DNA of 64,000 nucleotides from contig OX597814.1 in the NCBI GenBank assembly GCA_951406725.2, forward strand, positions 101,246,001 through 101,310,000, written 5' to 3'. The DNA comes from Octopus vulgaris (lineage: Eukaryota). How positions within the stretch are numbered: the first letter of the stretch is position 1; each line of letters starts with the position of its first letter. Shown here piece after piece: positions 26,349 through 39,639 of this stretch. Position numbers and translations under genes: made by a program. The notes under the pieces were generated by a model. The model searched no databases, had not been told where the DNA came from, and worked only from the letters and a program-made list of their open reading frames with translations.

Positions 26349-26809
26349 GTTGCACGGTATGCTTTAAGGGACTTAATATAGCCCTTTGACATGCTAAGTT
26401 TAAATCACACTGGTGACGTTTTCATTTTTGGGTACCGACTAATTAAATTGCAAGTAAATGAAGTACGAAAGTTGACTGAATCCAATATTTCTCGTATAGA
26501 GTGGTTAAACTCCAAGATACTTTGGAGAGAGACATGAGGCAGACAGACAGCCATTTTTTTTTAAAATAAAGTTAAGATAGTTTTAATTTCTACAACAGTA
26601 AGGCGAAGAAACGAAAATTATATGGATTTAAACATTACATTGTCTTCTAATTAATAATTCTTTCGTGATAGATAAAATAACTACCAGTTGAGGAATGGAG
26701 TCGATTTAATCGAGTTTCCCTTCTTCTGAAGATGTTGGTCTTGTGTCAAATTTTGAAACCAAGAAAGGAGAGGAACACAAACTTTTATTAATATATGTGG
26801 TGAGGCTGA

Positions 26810-27022
26810 GGTGGCGTGCCAAGAGAAATGTTAGTGCACCGGGCAAAATGCTTAGCGACATTTCGTCCGTCTTTACGTTCTAAGTCCAAATTCCATCGAT
26901 GTCTATTTTGCCTTTCATCCTTTCGGAGTCGATTAAAATAAGTACCATTTGTGTACTGGGATCGATGTAATCGGTTTCGCGACACCTCCGAAATTTCTGG
27001 TTTCGTGCCAAAATTTGAAACC
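26810..27022 (+). mobile_element. SINE family B
   Basis: Homologous to 60172-60400 over the head and body. Confidence 0.75.
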
Positions 27023-27985
27023 ATATATATATATACGCACACATACATATATATGTATACATACACCTTTGCAACGATTTTTGAAATCTTTTTTTTTATA
27101 TCTAAAATTATTAGTTATTTTACTATTTTACCTTAGTATCATTATCTTTTTGTTTTGTTTTTGGTATGTTGTTGTTGATTTGATAATAGTACTAATATTA
27201 CTCATAGTAATTATATTAATCGTAGTAGAAGTATTTCTACAGCTACTTCCAGCAGGATCGCAGAGTTTATGCAGGATCGCTCGATTGAGAAGAAGAAAAA
27301 AATGCTCTTGTAAATATATTCATAATATATTTATGAAACGGGGAAAGCAATGTGGATTCACGAAGCTTAGTAGCAGTTTCTGCAACAGCAGCAGTATCTT
27401 TCTCATCATTACTGCCGTAAGACCATCGCCATCATTGTCATCACCGCCATCATCACATCTTTCTTCAGTTATAGTTACCGCTAATCTGTTTAACGATACA
27501 AACACCAACTTCGTCAGAACAAAAATATTTCGTAAACATTGCCATTCCTGTCTTCGCTTTATTAGTCTCAATATATGCCCACAGCATATTGACTTCGAAA
27601 TTGAATGATTAAATTGAAAATTAATGATTAAATTGAAAATAATTATCAAATAATTATAATTTACTTTATCATCTTTTGCTATTCATGATTTTTTTGTTGT
27701 TGTGTGTGTGCGCGCGCGTATTTACATCCTTTAAAATCCGAAGACTGTGATGAAATCTTTCAGATTAACACTTCTTGTTAATTGCATTTTATGAATGCTT
27801 TAACTGTCCGTTATTGAGTCGAGTTAACGGCGCAGTTTCGAATGTCATTTACTTCATTTATGTCACTATGGTGTGGATACTTGGGTTTGGTATCCAAGCA
27901 GTATATCATAATATATTACTGGTTCATAAGGCGGTGAGCTGTCAGAATCGTTAGCACGCCGGGCAAAATGCTTAGCCAGACATAA

Positions 27986-28257
27986 TCTATATCTATAAAA
28001 GGCAGGATGCGTGTGTGCCTGAGTGTGTACGTGAATGTACTTTATGCACGTCCACAAATTAGCACGCATGTTGCTCCAATTTTAGAAGGACATTGCTCAC
28101 GATCATGGCTGTGCTTTTGTCAACTTATTTTCCCCAGATACCCGCAGATAGCGGTAAAAATTGATTTTCAACCATAACTTTTACCAGTTTTGAACGTCGG
28201 TGAAATCTGTAAGTTTGCTAACATTAATTAAGTCCCCTTCTTGCAATGGCGAACAGA

Positions 28258-28307
<50 letters not shown>

Positions 28308-28518
28308 CAGCGTACATTTTTTAATTTACTTTTCCTTGCATCTTTTTTTAGTAAGTGATTGACTGAGAGAGAGAGACAGACAGAGAGAGTGATAGCGTAA
28401 CGTCTCTTTCTCTCTCTCTTTCCTCTCTCTCTCTCTGTCAAACACTAAAAAAAGACGCGAGAAAAAGTAAATAAATACGCTATCTCTCTCCCTCTCACAC
28501 ACACAGAAACACACACTT

Positions 28519-28555
<37 letters not shown>

Positions 28556-30498
28556 GACAACACACACCTCTCTCTCTCAGTCAATCACACACACTCACTC
28601 AAAAAAGTTGTAAGGAGAAATAATTTTTTTTAATATACGTTGCGTGTTTGTGTGTGTGAGGGAAAGAGTAACAGCGTACGTTTTTAAAATTTATTTTTCT
28701 TCGCATCTTTTTTGAGTGAGTGTGTGAGTGATTGACTGAGAGAGAGAGAGAGAGAGAGGTGTGTGTTGTCGGAAAGAGAGAGAGAGAGAGGTGTTGTCGG
28801 AAAGAGAGAGAGAGAGATGTGTGTTGTCGGAAAGAGAGAGAGAGAAGTATGTGTTGTCGGAAAGAGAGAGAGAGAAGTATGTGTTGTCGGAAAGAGAGAG
28901 AGGTGTGTGCTGTCGGTCGGAAAGAGAGAGAGAGAGAGTGGGAGAGAAGGTATGTGAAACATAGAGAGGGAGAGCTAGAGGAGTTACGCTATAATTCTCT
29001 TTCTCTCTCCTCTCTCTCTCTCAATCAATCACTCACTCAAAAAAGATGCGAGGAAAAATAAATTTTAAAAATTTACGCTGTCACCCTCTCTTCCTCATAC
29101 ACATCAACACACGCCCTCTCTCTCTCTCTCTCTCCCTCTCTCTCTCTCTCTCTTTCTCTCTCACACACACTCATACACACGCTCTCTATCTTGCACCCCA
29201 CCATCAACATATACACACGTCCCTGTCATTTTCTCTCTCACTTTATGCTGATATCAAATGAAATGTAACATTTCCACATCAAAATTCAAATAAAATTTTT
29301 TTACGGAATTTACCGAATGCTGTACCTTAACAGCTGATAGATCATTGACAACTCTGTGAATCAAAACAAAGGATAGCCCTCGCTGAAACTTATCTCCTGC
29401 CATAAAATCTTTGATGATATAATGATCCCAGAAATAAATCACTGCTTTAAACTCCACCTAAAAAAAACCCCTACCATCTAATGTGTGGAACACCTCAAAA
29501 GAACAGCTGAAACGGGATAAAGAGTACACGCATCACAACAATAATAACACCAAATGTGTTTTGTGTGTGTAGACTTGCAATAAATCCTATTGTTAAGAAA
29601 ATTTTACACAATCATTCAATAAAATGGGATAAAGAGTACACGCTTTATCCGCCTAAACAGTGCAACGGGACCCGCTTGGTAGTCAAGACCATGTTGGTTT
29701 TAGTGAGGTTGATCCTAAAGCCAAATTCTCAAAGTATTGCATCGCTATTGGCTATTATCGGTGATAATGGCAAACCCATAGCTAAACACTCCTCTTGTTG
29801 ATATATAGAAAGAAGAACATGTCATCATTGCAGCGTATGTGGTTATAAACAGGTAACCCCTTGGAGGGGTTAGGACTAGTTCCGGATTAGATGACGGGAG
29901 GGTCGAAAGGGCCGGCATATGCAACCTGGTCACTTCTGCCGGTCAAACTCCCAACCTATGCGTTCCCATCGTGACACTGGTTCTGCAGAACTGGGTTGGA
30001 TGTGAAAACTAACTTTAAAGTATGAATATAGATTTTTTGAATCAGCAATGTTGTGTTCGGTTAAGTCCTATTTGGAGTGAAAAATCAATATACTCATTCC
30101 TTATAGGGTTTTCCATTCAATCAGGATCAAAAATCGATAAACTGATTCCTTATAGGATTTCCCACTAAAATTGGCTACATCCCATTTTCAACGATAACTT
30201 TTACTAATTTTGACGTATTTTGTTCAAAATTGATGCCGGCGTTACTTAGGACTCATGGGATCTTTGAATGCTTTATGTTCTCAAGAAAAAATCGATGAAT
30301 GGAAAAATCGATAAAACGACTCCTTATGGGATTTCCCAATCAAATTGTCTGCAACACATTTTCAGCCAAATGTTTACCAATTTCAATGTATTTCGCTCAA
30401 GTTTGTCGTCGGCGCAACTTAGATTGGTTTGAAACAAAGCGCTTGATTAGCCTAATAATCCTGACTTAATCCCGGGCAACGCCGGGCTAAACTGCTAG
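27986..30498 (+). mobile_element. ~2.5-kb non-autonomous Helitron with helicase remnant and foreign fragments
   Basis: Starts A|TCTATATCTATAAAA and ends with the hairpin CCCGGGCAACGCCGGG then CTGCTAG|T. Internal PPKQCNGTRLVVK (~29648-29690) matches the CNGTRL motif of PIF1/Helitron helicases. Diverged ~175-bp repeats lie at 30130-30430. Confidence 0.8.
28757..28935. repeat. ~30-bp minisatellite TGTGTTGTCGGAAA(GA)n inside the Helitron
   Basis: About six units are visible, with one inverted unit at ~28545-28570. Confidence 0.9.
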
Positions 30499-30523
30499 TA
30501 TCATAATATACTATAGGATGATA

Positions 30524-30820
30524 AGGCGGTGAGCTGTCAGAATAGTTAACACGCCAAGCAAAACGCTTAGTAGCATTTAGTCCGTCTTCACGTTCTCAGT
30601 TCAAAATCCACCGAGGTCGACTTTGCTTTTCGTAATTTTGCCGAGCAATGGAGACGATGTAATCGCTTACATCCCCCGCAATTGCTGGCTTTCTGTCAAA
30701 AGTTGAAATCAATATATTGCAGGATTAAGGCGGAGAGCTGGTAGAATCTTTAGCACGCCGGAAAGATTATTGGTGACATTTCGTCTGTATTTACGCTCTG
30801 AGGTCAATTTCGCCTTTCAT
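30524..30820 (+). mobile_element. two tandem SINE family B units
   Basis: Heads GGCGGTGAGCTGTCAGAAT (30525) and GGCGGAGAGCTGGTAGAAT (30729). Confidence 0.7.
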
Positions 30821-33800
30821 TTTTAAAACCAAGATTCATCATTTAAAACCAACATAATACAGGATCATCAAGTCTTTAAAAAACAAAAAAAAAACAAAAA
30901 ATAGTGAAGAAGCTAAATGTAGAACATTGGTTTTGAGATAGATAGATGGATAGATAGACATATTAGGCACTTTACTGCTACACCACACATACACCACTAT
31001 ATCTGCTATTGACATAATAGAACTGTGTTTCCTGAAATTCAAACCTATACCATCAATCGTCATTCTCGAGTGAGGTTTGTTTCGTAACATCTATTTTGCT
31101 TTAGAAGCCTACGTAATCACCAGGACCCATTCGGTGGCCCTGCATATGAAAGAGTAGCACATCCAGGACTTGACAGATGTATTGAGGGAGAGAGAGCTGC
31201 GTTAGCTGTCGGTCGGTGCTTATTCTCAGTTGAGTAGACAGGATCAATGCAAAATGAAACGATCATGAATCAAACACACGTTTGTACTAAGACACGTGCC
31301 ATCACTGTACTCCAGTACTCTTCATTTATCTTGTTAATAGTTTATGGATTCCCCGCTAAATTATCATTGCTACCCTTTCGAACTGACGCTTGAGAATAGA
31401 CTTGAATATGACATGTCTTTTGCTTTAAATCTTTTTACTTGTCTACTTTACAATTAATCTAATATCGTGGTTCATTCCCAGAGTAACACTGATCCTACAG
31501 AGCAATGTTAAATCATATATTTAGCCATGAACATCCCGTCAGTTATTAATTTATGTTTTATTTTGCTAAGTATATGAAGGCCTATATTTTAAAATGTGTC
31601 CTACAGTACAGTGAGGTATAAGGAAATTTAGGTGCTATTTCTAGCTGGCCGAAGCACTTCATTAAGGCGTTTTTGCTGAGTCAAGGACTAGTAGGATGAT
31701 GTTGTTGATTGTGTTGTTTATTTTCAGCCCCAGATTGAACTTGTTTGAACATTTGTGGCCAAAGATGTTCCAGCCATTACTTTTCCAACTTATTTAAAAA
31801 AAAAAAAACATGGGCTACCTAGGACTATATCACCCAATGTCTTCTATCTTCTTTTTATGACGGTACAATGTAACTCGAGGAATATTTAAATGCAATCTTC
31901 TCATAGGTAGAACAATCGTAGGTAAAACACTCTTTTTGGTTCTAATTCTTATAAGGTTCTTCTCATATTTGGTAATTCAGATAAAAATCTTCTGTGCAAA
32001 ATATACATCATATAATCTCATCTCTTATACAGGAGACGTTTTTTCTTTAAATAAGAAACAAATATGATAATGATTTTTTGTAATTGTTTGTATCTATAAG
32101 AAACTAGTCGAAAAGAAGTGTGTTCAAGTTTTGCAATCAGATGAGAGTTTCTATGCACAATTCTATGGTTTTCTTTTATTCCGGGCCGTTATATATCTTC
32201 GTTAACGAGATATAGTACAACTGTTGGTGTTATATTGTCACTTTACACACACACTTTATCATTCTCAGTTATTCACTTCCTTCAGCTGTTAGTTTTTGTG
32301 TCAGGCGGATCACACTGTCAATAACATCTAACGACATTTCATTGATAATTATCTTCAGTGAAAGAAAGAAGTAAAGAAAGAAAGAACGTTTAATTTATAC
32401 GATTCCAACTATTACGAAAACTACGACTGCGACGGAAGCGACAACTACAATGAAGACTTAAAATATTTCATTGTAGGTTTCTTCTTATCTCTATTAACCA
32501 GCAAACATCCGCCATGGTTACTGGCAATTTTCACCGACATTCATTATTAAACCATCGCAAGATAACGTCCGCGTAAATTACTGAAGCTGTTAATACTACA
32601 CCTTCAAACGAAATGCTACAGTTGTAATTCGTACGACAACAAAAGCATACGACTAAGCTCTTGTATTTGTTCATTCACTCTTACTTTACTGCGGCCAAAT
32701 CCTTTCTCAAAGAAAATTCTATCATCTTAAATATTGGAACTATATGTTTCATGTCCTAAATTCTATAATCAGCTTAGATCAGTGAGTTACTCTGTAGTTA
32801 ATGCTGTTCTTGAGAAGCTTTCCTCTAAGACGTGGTAGAGTCCATTTTTTTCTCTGGAGATCATCATCACAATGTATTTATGGGAAAAGAATGAACACCA
32901 CAATATTTTTATTATCCTTCCGCCATGTTCTTGGAATTTAGTAGATCGAAAAACATATCTAAACATTTGTTGTCACCGTTTTTCAGTAGTGCTAGAACCA
33001 TGAACATACTATTTCTGCTTTTAGGACCCATTATTTTTTCCTTTTCAAGAGGGTAATGTGAGCTTATGAGAGATACTTGGCTGTTATTTCTGACAGGTTG
33101 CATCACGATCAGTGTGTATGTGTGTGAGTGTGTATGAGTGTGCGTTTTCCCGTCAACTCAATGTAACCATTTCCTTATTGCAGTCAACGCCTATATTAGC
33201 TGTTTTATTTTCTCTGCATAGACCCTCAACCATACAAAATTCCAATATTTTCTTGTTATCGGCCATTACGTTTCACAATTTCATGGAGATTTCGAATGTT
33301 CTCCATCTATAAGTTGTGCTTCTTCATTAGAGACTGCCACTCACCTCAATCCACTAGTAGATATTTTTCAATCAATCAATCTTCGACGTGTTTGAATAAC
33401 CAATCCTAACCAGTCATCATTCCCGACATGGATTATACTATTCATCCTTTCGATTGCTAAATACAAAATGTGAATCATGAGACATCCATTCGAGTGATAT
33501 CCCTGAGTCACTATCTCACCCTTGTATGCCAATCCGTCTCGAGGTTACGTATTTACAGCTGAATGGACGGGATCAACGTGAAATTAAGCGTTTTGCCCAA
33601 GAACACAACGCAGAGCCTGTCAGGGAGTCGAACCAACAATCTTACGATCGAACCAACGATATTACGATTTACACCCTAACCATTAGGTCATGCGATGTTC
33701 TTAATTGACAATCTTTATTCAAGGGGTTAAGACTATATTCTATGACATCGCGAAATTTCTTCTTAGGTTTAGATTGGGAATACTTATTATAAGCTTGTTG

Positions 33801-34959
33801 CTCCACAAGCCTGAGAGAACTTCAAAATGAATAACACGACCAGCCTTTCGTTTGTGACATATGATAATGTGAGAGTTTATATCGAGATAGTCCACTATTT
33901 CTAGCAACTGGAAATATTTTAGACCTGACATTGATATACTAAAATTGGACTCAGTACAGAAATAATTAACCACTTCCTGTATTGATTCATGCGCTCTACA
34001 ATTTCCACCTTTCCATCTCACTTACGTATACACAGTCTCCCAACCAGATCTAAGGTGAAATTTGCGCTCTCACAAAAATTGCTGTGCACCTGTTTGGTCA
34101 TATTTCATTGCTGATGACGTTGCTTAAGTTATTGTTGATGCAGTTCTGTGAATGTTTTTTTGGGAATCCTGAATGATTTTGCAATCAATTTGTAAATAGT
34201 AACTACAATCATCTTACTCTATTACACATATGGAATTCACTCTTCGCTGCAATGTGATAAAAATGAAATGTCGCGTTTACACGACACCGAAACTGTATGG
34301 GATTTGAAAATACCCTAGTGCATTACAGGAGGCAACAGAATGTCAAGAACTGAGCGCTTTGTATCGAAGACTGTAAAGAGACCGATATAAACACTGAAAG
34401 AAATTTCGTCTGCCGATTCTTCCATACTTACACTTCTCCTTTTCCTCATCTGCCTCTCCTCCTACTAATGCACCACCACCACTACCACCTATGCTGCTAT
34501 TGCTGATTGAACAAAAGCAATGATTGAGATAGCAGCGGCAGCAACAACCGCAACAGCCGCAACAACGGAGTTGTTTCAAATTTTAACACAATATAAAGAA
34601 TACCATGTAATACATGTCACTAAAAGGTGAATGCTTATAGGAAAGCTCAAGTGGATTATATGAAAGAAAAACATTAAGCTTTGCCTTATAAAACTTTCCA
34701 CAATATTACATCATTGGCAGCTGGAAACAAAAATTACCAGTATTTCCTTGCCAAAGCATAGGGAACTTTACAGCAAATAAGGCATGCACTCGGATCAATT
34801 CCAAAATTATTTCTTACGTTGACATGAAGCTGCACATTATAAGAGGGATGAAAATTGATTAGCCTATTCAACTGGTGCTTATTTGATCGACCTCATGAAG
34901 AAAGGAGAGATAAATACCATATTTACATTTGACGGATATTTGTCCTCATCTTGTTTGTT

Positions 34960-35005
34960 AACACAACGTTTCGGCTGATATACTCTTCAGCCTTCGTCGG
35001 GAGTC
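34960..35005 (-). ncRNA. minimal hammerhead ribozyme motif with CCGACGA core variant
   Basis: GACTC-CCGACGA-A-GGCTGA-AGAGTATA-TCAGCC-GAAA-CGTT-GTGTT: perfect 6-bp stem II, palindromic AACGTT, imperfect stem I. It lies downstream of the Penelope ORF on the same strand. Confidence 0.7.
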
Positions 35006-35076
35006 TTGGGGAAATTTCGAAACTGGGTTCTCATCCCTAAGGTATTATTATCATTATTATTATCATTATGCTTAAA

Positions 35077-35130
35077 ATCGAACTCGGAATCTTGGGGTTA
35101 GTAGCCTGTGCTCTTAACCACTACGCCATA
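35077..35130 (-). promoter_or_regulatory. tRNA-like internal Pol III promoter (A and B boxes)
   Basis: TGGCGTAGTGG fits the A-box pattern TRGCNNARYGG. GAGTTCGATT is B-box-like at tRNA spacing. There is no complete acceptor stem, so this is not a tRNA gene. Confidence 0.65.
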
Positions 35131-35164
35131 TACTCGTGAGCAATTATGGACTGAATTTTAGGGC

Positions 35165-36280
35165 TTATAAATCTAATATGTTCCTATCCTTCCTTAATAC
35201 TGCTTCCCATATGCTACTCATAACTGCACTTGGTCTGCTTAGGAGGTTGTTGTGTCCTAGCATATGTGCTACTTCTTTTAGTTTTTGTATTTTCCAATGG
35301 TGTTCTCTGTCTATTATTTTAACTCCATCCCACAAGGGGTGGTGGTCTCAGCTACACCCGACTTATCAATATCTTCTCATGTCACAGCTTTGCGATGTTT
35401 GTCTACCTTTATTTTGAGGGGGCAGCATGTTTCGCCTTTGTATAACCTACCACAACTGCATGGGATGGAGTACATGCAATCTTTGGTCATATTTTCTTCT
35501 ATTGGTAGTTTTACTCGAAGGAGATATTTGCGAAGTGTTGTATTACACTTGAATACTGTCCTGATGGGCTGCATATCTTTTGTATCTTTTCGGAGAGACC
35601 TTTCACATATGGTAGACAGACTGTGGACAGTTCATTGGTTTCATCCTCTCTTTTCTTCATAATTTGAGTGGATAGTATGTTTTTAGGATAGTTGTTGCTT
35701 AATAGATTGTTACTGTGCTTGATCATTTCTTCGTGGTGCGTGTCACGATCGCTACTTATATTCTTTGCACGATATTTTAGGTACTGAGCAATTCTCTTTA
35801 CATTGTATGGATGGGAATTGAAGTTGAGGTATCGTCCAGTGAAGGTCGGCTTCCGATATACAGATGTCCTGAATCCATACTTGGTGCGTGTTATTAATAC
35901 GTCCAGGAATGCCAGCTGATTGTCTTTTTCCTTTTCCATTATAAACTATATGGATGGCTTCATTGAGTTCACATGATCTAACAGCACTTAGACATCTTCC
36001 TGATGGGGCCAGAGTATAAATGTGTCATCAACATATCACTGCCATAGGGTTGGTTTTAGTGGTGTTGATCCTAAAGCCAAATTCTCAAAGTATTCCATGT
36101 ATATATTGGCTATTACCAGTGATAATGGTGAGCCCATAGCTAAACCCTCCTTTTGTCGATATATATCAATGTTCATACTGAAGTAGGTAGTTTCTACACA
36201 GAAGGTCAACATTTCCATCAAGTTTCTTATTGGTATACTAGTGTGTTCCTTTAGATGGGTGTCTGTTACTAATTTTTCGA
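35165..36280 (-). pseudogene. Penelope-like RT/GIY-YIG endonuclease ORF, disrupted
   Basis: ORF pieces 36036-36221, 35511-35939 and 35377-35574 are joined by an in-frame stop before YVDD and by frameshifts. Confidence 0.85.
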
Positions 36281-36312
36281 GTAAAACTAGTGACAGACAC
36301 CCATCTAAGAGG

Positions 36313-36480
36313 AGTTATGTCGATGATATCAACCCCAGTACTCAACTGGTACTTATTTTATCGATTCCGAAACGAAGAAAAGTCGACCCCAGCAAAATTT
36401 GAACTCAGAACCTAAAGGCGGACGAAATGCCGCTAAGCATTTTACCCAGCACGGTAACGATTCTGCTAGCTCGCCGCCTT
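36313..36480 (-). mobile_element. SINE family B
   Basis: Ends GATTCTGCTAGCTCGCCGCCTT and has a homologous body. Confidence 0.75.
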
Positions 36481-37139
36481 ATAGTGATCGTAGTGTAACG
36501 TGTGATGAAGTATTTCGCTCGAGAACACGGCGCACCAACCGGTCGAGGAATTTGAAACCACGATCTCGCGATCATGAGTGCAACACCCTAAAGACTAAAC
36601 CATACGTCCACACATAGCTAATACTAATAATATCTAAAATTACTAGTAATAAGTGACAATAACGATAACAAACAAAAACGTTGCAGATGCTGTTGATGGT
36701 AATGCGTTTTGTTAACAATACAATATGTTTTAATATAGCATTGCTAAGTAATTTCAATACTGAAGAGATTTATGAAGAATTATCACGGGAATAATACAAT
36801 ATAAAGTGAATAGAATAACAGAACGAGTCGAACGCATTCAAGTGAATAATGACAAAAATATTATGGCGGAAAAATATCTTCGCAGCGGGAAGTTGAAAGG
36901 GAGGGGGTATAATGGAAACCCTAAATAGGTGCATATGCACACCATCACAATTACATGTATATATATATATGTGTGTGTGTGTGTATACTTGCAGATATGT
37001 ATACACGCATATATATATAAGCATAGTACATATCATACATTCATAATATATATATACACCTTCATAGAGACATCAGTTTGACGTACGTGTAGGAGTGTCT
37101 CTATGGGTTTTTCATATTTAGTTTTCCTGTGAGCTTACG

Positions 37140-37204
<65 letters not shown>

Positions 37205-37209
37205 TATAT

Positions 37210-37252
<43 letters not shown>

Positions 37253-38304
37253 CGTGTATGCGCGTATTTCTGTATCTATACATATTCATACAAAGTAAAA
37301 ACGAAAGAGATAACGGAGATCAAATACAAAAGAAAAAAATGTAAAATAACGTATATAAAATATATAAAATAAACAAGTCTGGCCAAACAGTGTGGGAGGA
37401 GGAACTAGTGAAGGTGGTAGAAGATATGAAAAAAAAGAGGGGTGAACAAAAAACATGAGAGAGTCTTTTGAAAAAAGTCCGATTAAAGATTGTGAAGACA
37501 TCTTTGTACCGTTTGTGAATTCCCAGCAGCCAGTAGTAACGCGCCAAACACTCCTCTGGCACAATATTGCACAGATGTAGTGATGTGTTAGTTCACTTCT
37601 GTTTGCTAGTGTTTCATATAATTGTTGTTTTTTATTGTTGTTATTTCTAGTTTTGTATTGTATTATAACTTTATTTATGTTATTAGTATGAAGGTAAGAA
37701 GAAAGGTATCAGCTGCAGAACCTGTACCATGCATGTTGGCAAAATAAACAAAAAAAATTCCAAAATATGAAAGCAGGAATATTAGAGTGAAGGAAATATA
37801 GATAAATATATAGATAAGTGAATATGTTTTTTGAGCCTAAGTATTTTTGTGCGTGTTGTGTGTGTTTGTTTTATGTGTGAGTAATGAATAGTGAACAGTT
37901 TTCCTTTCAAATACGTATTAAAGACAGGACTCTTCGAGTTTAATCTTTTTAATTATGGATATTTTTTATATTTCCTTATTCGTCTCTCAGTTCTCTCCTT
38001 CTCTCTGTCACATGGCAATAGTGTTCATGAGTCTATTGATTTTGAAGACGTTCTCCGTCTTTTTTTAACGAAAGCTGTATTACTCGGACGCTTAGCAGGA
38101 CACACGGAAATTCTAAGAGCGTAAGTCAGAATTTTATAAAAGTATTATGTTAGTATATTAAACACAAGCAAGGAATTGCAATTAAGATCTGTTGTCGTTA
38201 GTGATGTACTTGAGTTCATTTTCGTGCCTCAAAATGTAATATAACCCTATGCTTTTTGTTAAATCCTCCGATTTACACCAAAAACATATGGTAGCAGAGA
38301 TCCC

Positions 38305-38505
38305 TTTTACAATAGACGCAAGGCCTGAAATTTTGGGGACAGGGGGATAGTCGATTACATCGCCCCCAGTGCTCAACTGGTTGTTATATTATCGAACTAG
38401 AAATGATGAAGGGCAAAAATCGACCACAACAGAATTTGAATCAAACGCAAAACACGGGCGAAATGTCACTAAGCACTTTGACATGTTAATGATTCTGGCT
38501 GCTCA
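38305..38505 (-). mobile_element. SINE family B, diverged
   Basis: GTCGATTACATCGCCCCCAGTGCTCAACTGG block with a decayed head. Confidence 0.65.
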
Positions 38506-39565
38506 ATAACTAATATTGCTGAACGAAATAAGCAGGAAATTGACAGTCATAGACAAATTGGATGCTAAATTTGAAGACTAACACAAGCAACAGTGACAGG
38601 CACCATCAGTGAAATTTTTGCTAAAGTTGAAATCGTAAGGCAAGCAACTTCAGCCAAATTTACATTTCCTTTAAGCAACAATACGAAAAAGAAAGAAAAA
38701 ATGACAACAAAGTAGCTGTCCAGTGTCTCTGGGGATGCTACTTTGATTAACATATAAACTTTAAAAACACAAGATTGTGGAGAAATATATTTCTGTTTTT
38801 TAGTATAGCAATTTCAAGTGTTTGAAGAACTGGAATGACGATGTCGAAGATTACAGAAAAAGAAAAAAAGAAGAAAGAAAAATATTTACGGTTTAATGAA
38901 AAACATAACTTTGAATAAGTCATATTCCAAAGTTGGAAAAAAAGACATTTGTTTTTATCTGTTGCATTATGTTTCGCGAAGGGGATACTTTTATAATTAA
39001 AACTGAAAATTAAAGGTAATCTTGATCTCTGACTTAACGTAGAGGTTGCTTTAGAACACAGATTATTGCATTAATTACCTTCAGAGAATCTCTCATAAGG
39101 ACCCATGGAGCACAAGAGCACTAGAAATTGTAATTATTATTGGTACCGAATATTTTTCAGAAAGCATTCGTTTGTCACTTTTGTTTTCGTTTTTATTCAC
39201 CCGCACATTTATTTTCAAGAGGTTTTAGATTTGGGGGAGGCTCTCTTCACGCAAGGTTGCTGGGAAGGGAAGCCTTTCGGTATAGCGGATGCATTACTCA
39301 TGAAAGGGTGCCTTTGGTGCTAAATTTTAAATCATGATATCAAATTAACTAACCATCTTTCTTACATCCTTGACACAGGTAAGACGCTATTCTCATTCAC
39401 TATATTTTTTCCTATCATGCCTTGATTAATTTGGTGATTATTCTGTGACCTAGAATTCTTATGTAGTACCCTAGTACATATAAATATATTTATATATCTT
39501 CTATATTTTTTGTTTTGCCTAAACGGCTACTAAAGTTAGTATCTTTAGTAATAATATCGTACTTT

Positions 39566-39639
<74 letters not shown>

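Larger units (their letters stand above)
34917..36312 (-). mobile_element. 5'-truncated Penelope-like retroelement (RT + GIY-YIG) with 3' terminal repeat
   Basis: Minus-strand motifs YRQKEGLAMGSPLS, YVDDTF, FLDV, VYRKPT, LPYV and MYSIPCSCGRLYKGET (GIY-YIG). The ORF ends WEAVLRKDRNILDL* at ~35165 and is followed by a tRNA-like box and a hammerhead motif. Confidence 0.9.

Noticed and set aside
26949-27608. 219-aa ORF with hydrophobic stretch
   Set aside because: It starts within a SINE, crosses a microsatellite and T-rich sequence, and shows no recognisable homology.
34218-34393. Possible minus-strand exon (TTTCTTTCAG acceptor, GTAAGA donor)
   Set aside because: All three frames contain stops, and such splice-like motifs are common by chance. 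It cannot be supported without RNA data.
35077-35130. Functional tRNA gene
   Set aside because: It has A/B boxes but no paired acceptor stem or complete T-arm. The same applies to the SINE heads at 4402, 11315 and 26348.
37500-37565. Hammerhead-like CAGAGGA-GTG...CAC-AAACGGTA on the minus strand
   Set aside because: It needs several core changes and stem I is weak, so it is not distinguishable from chance.
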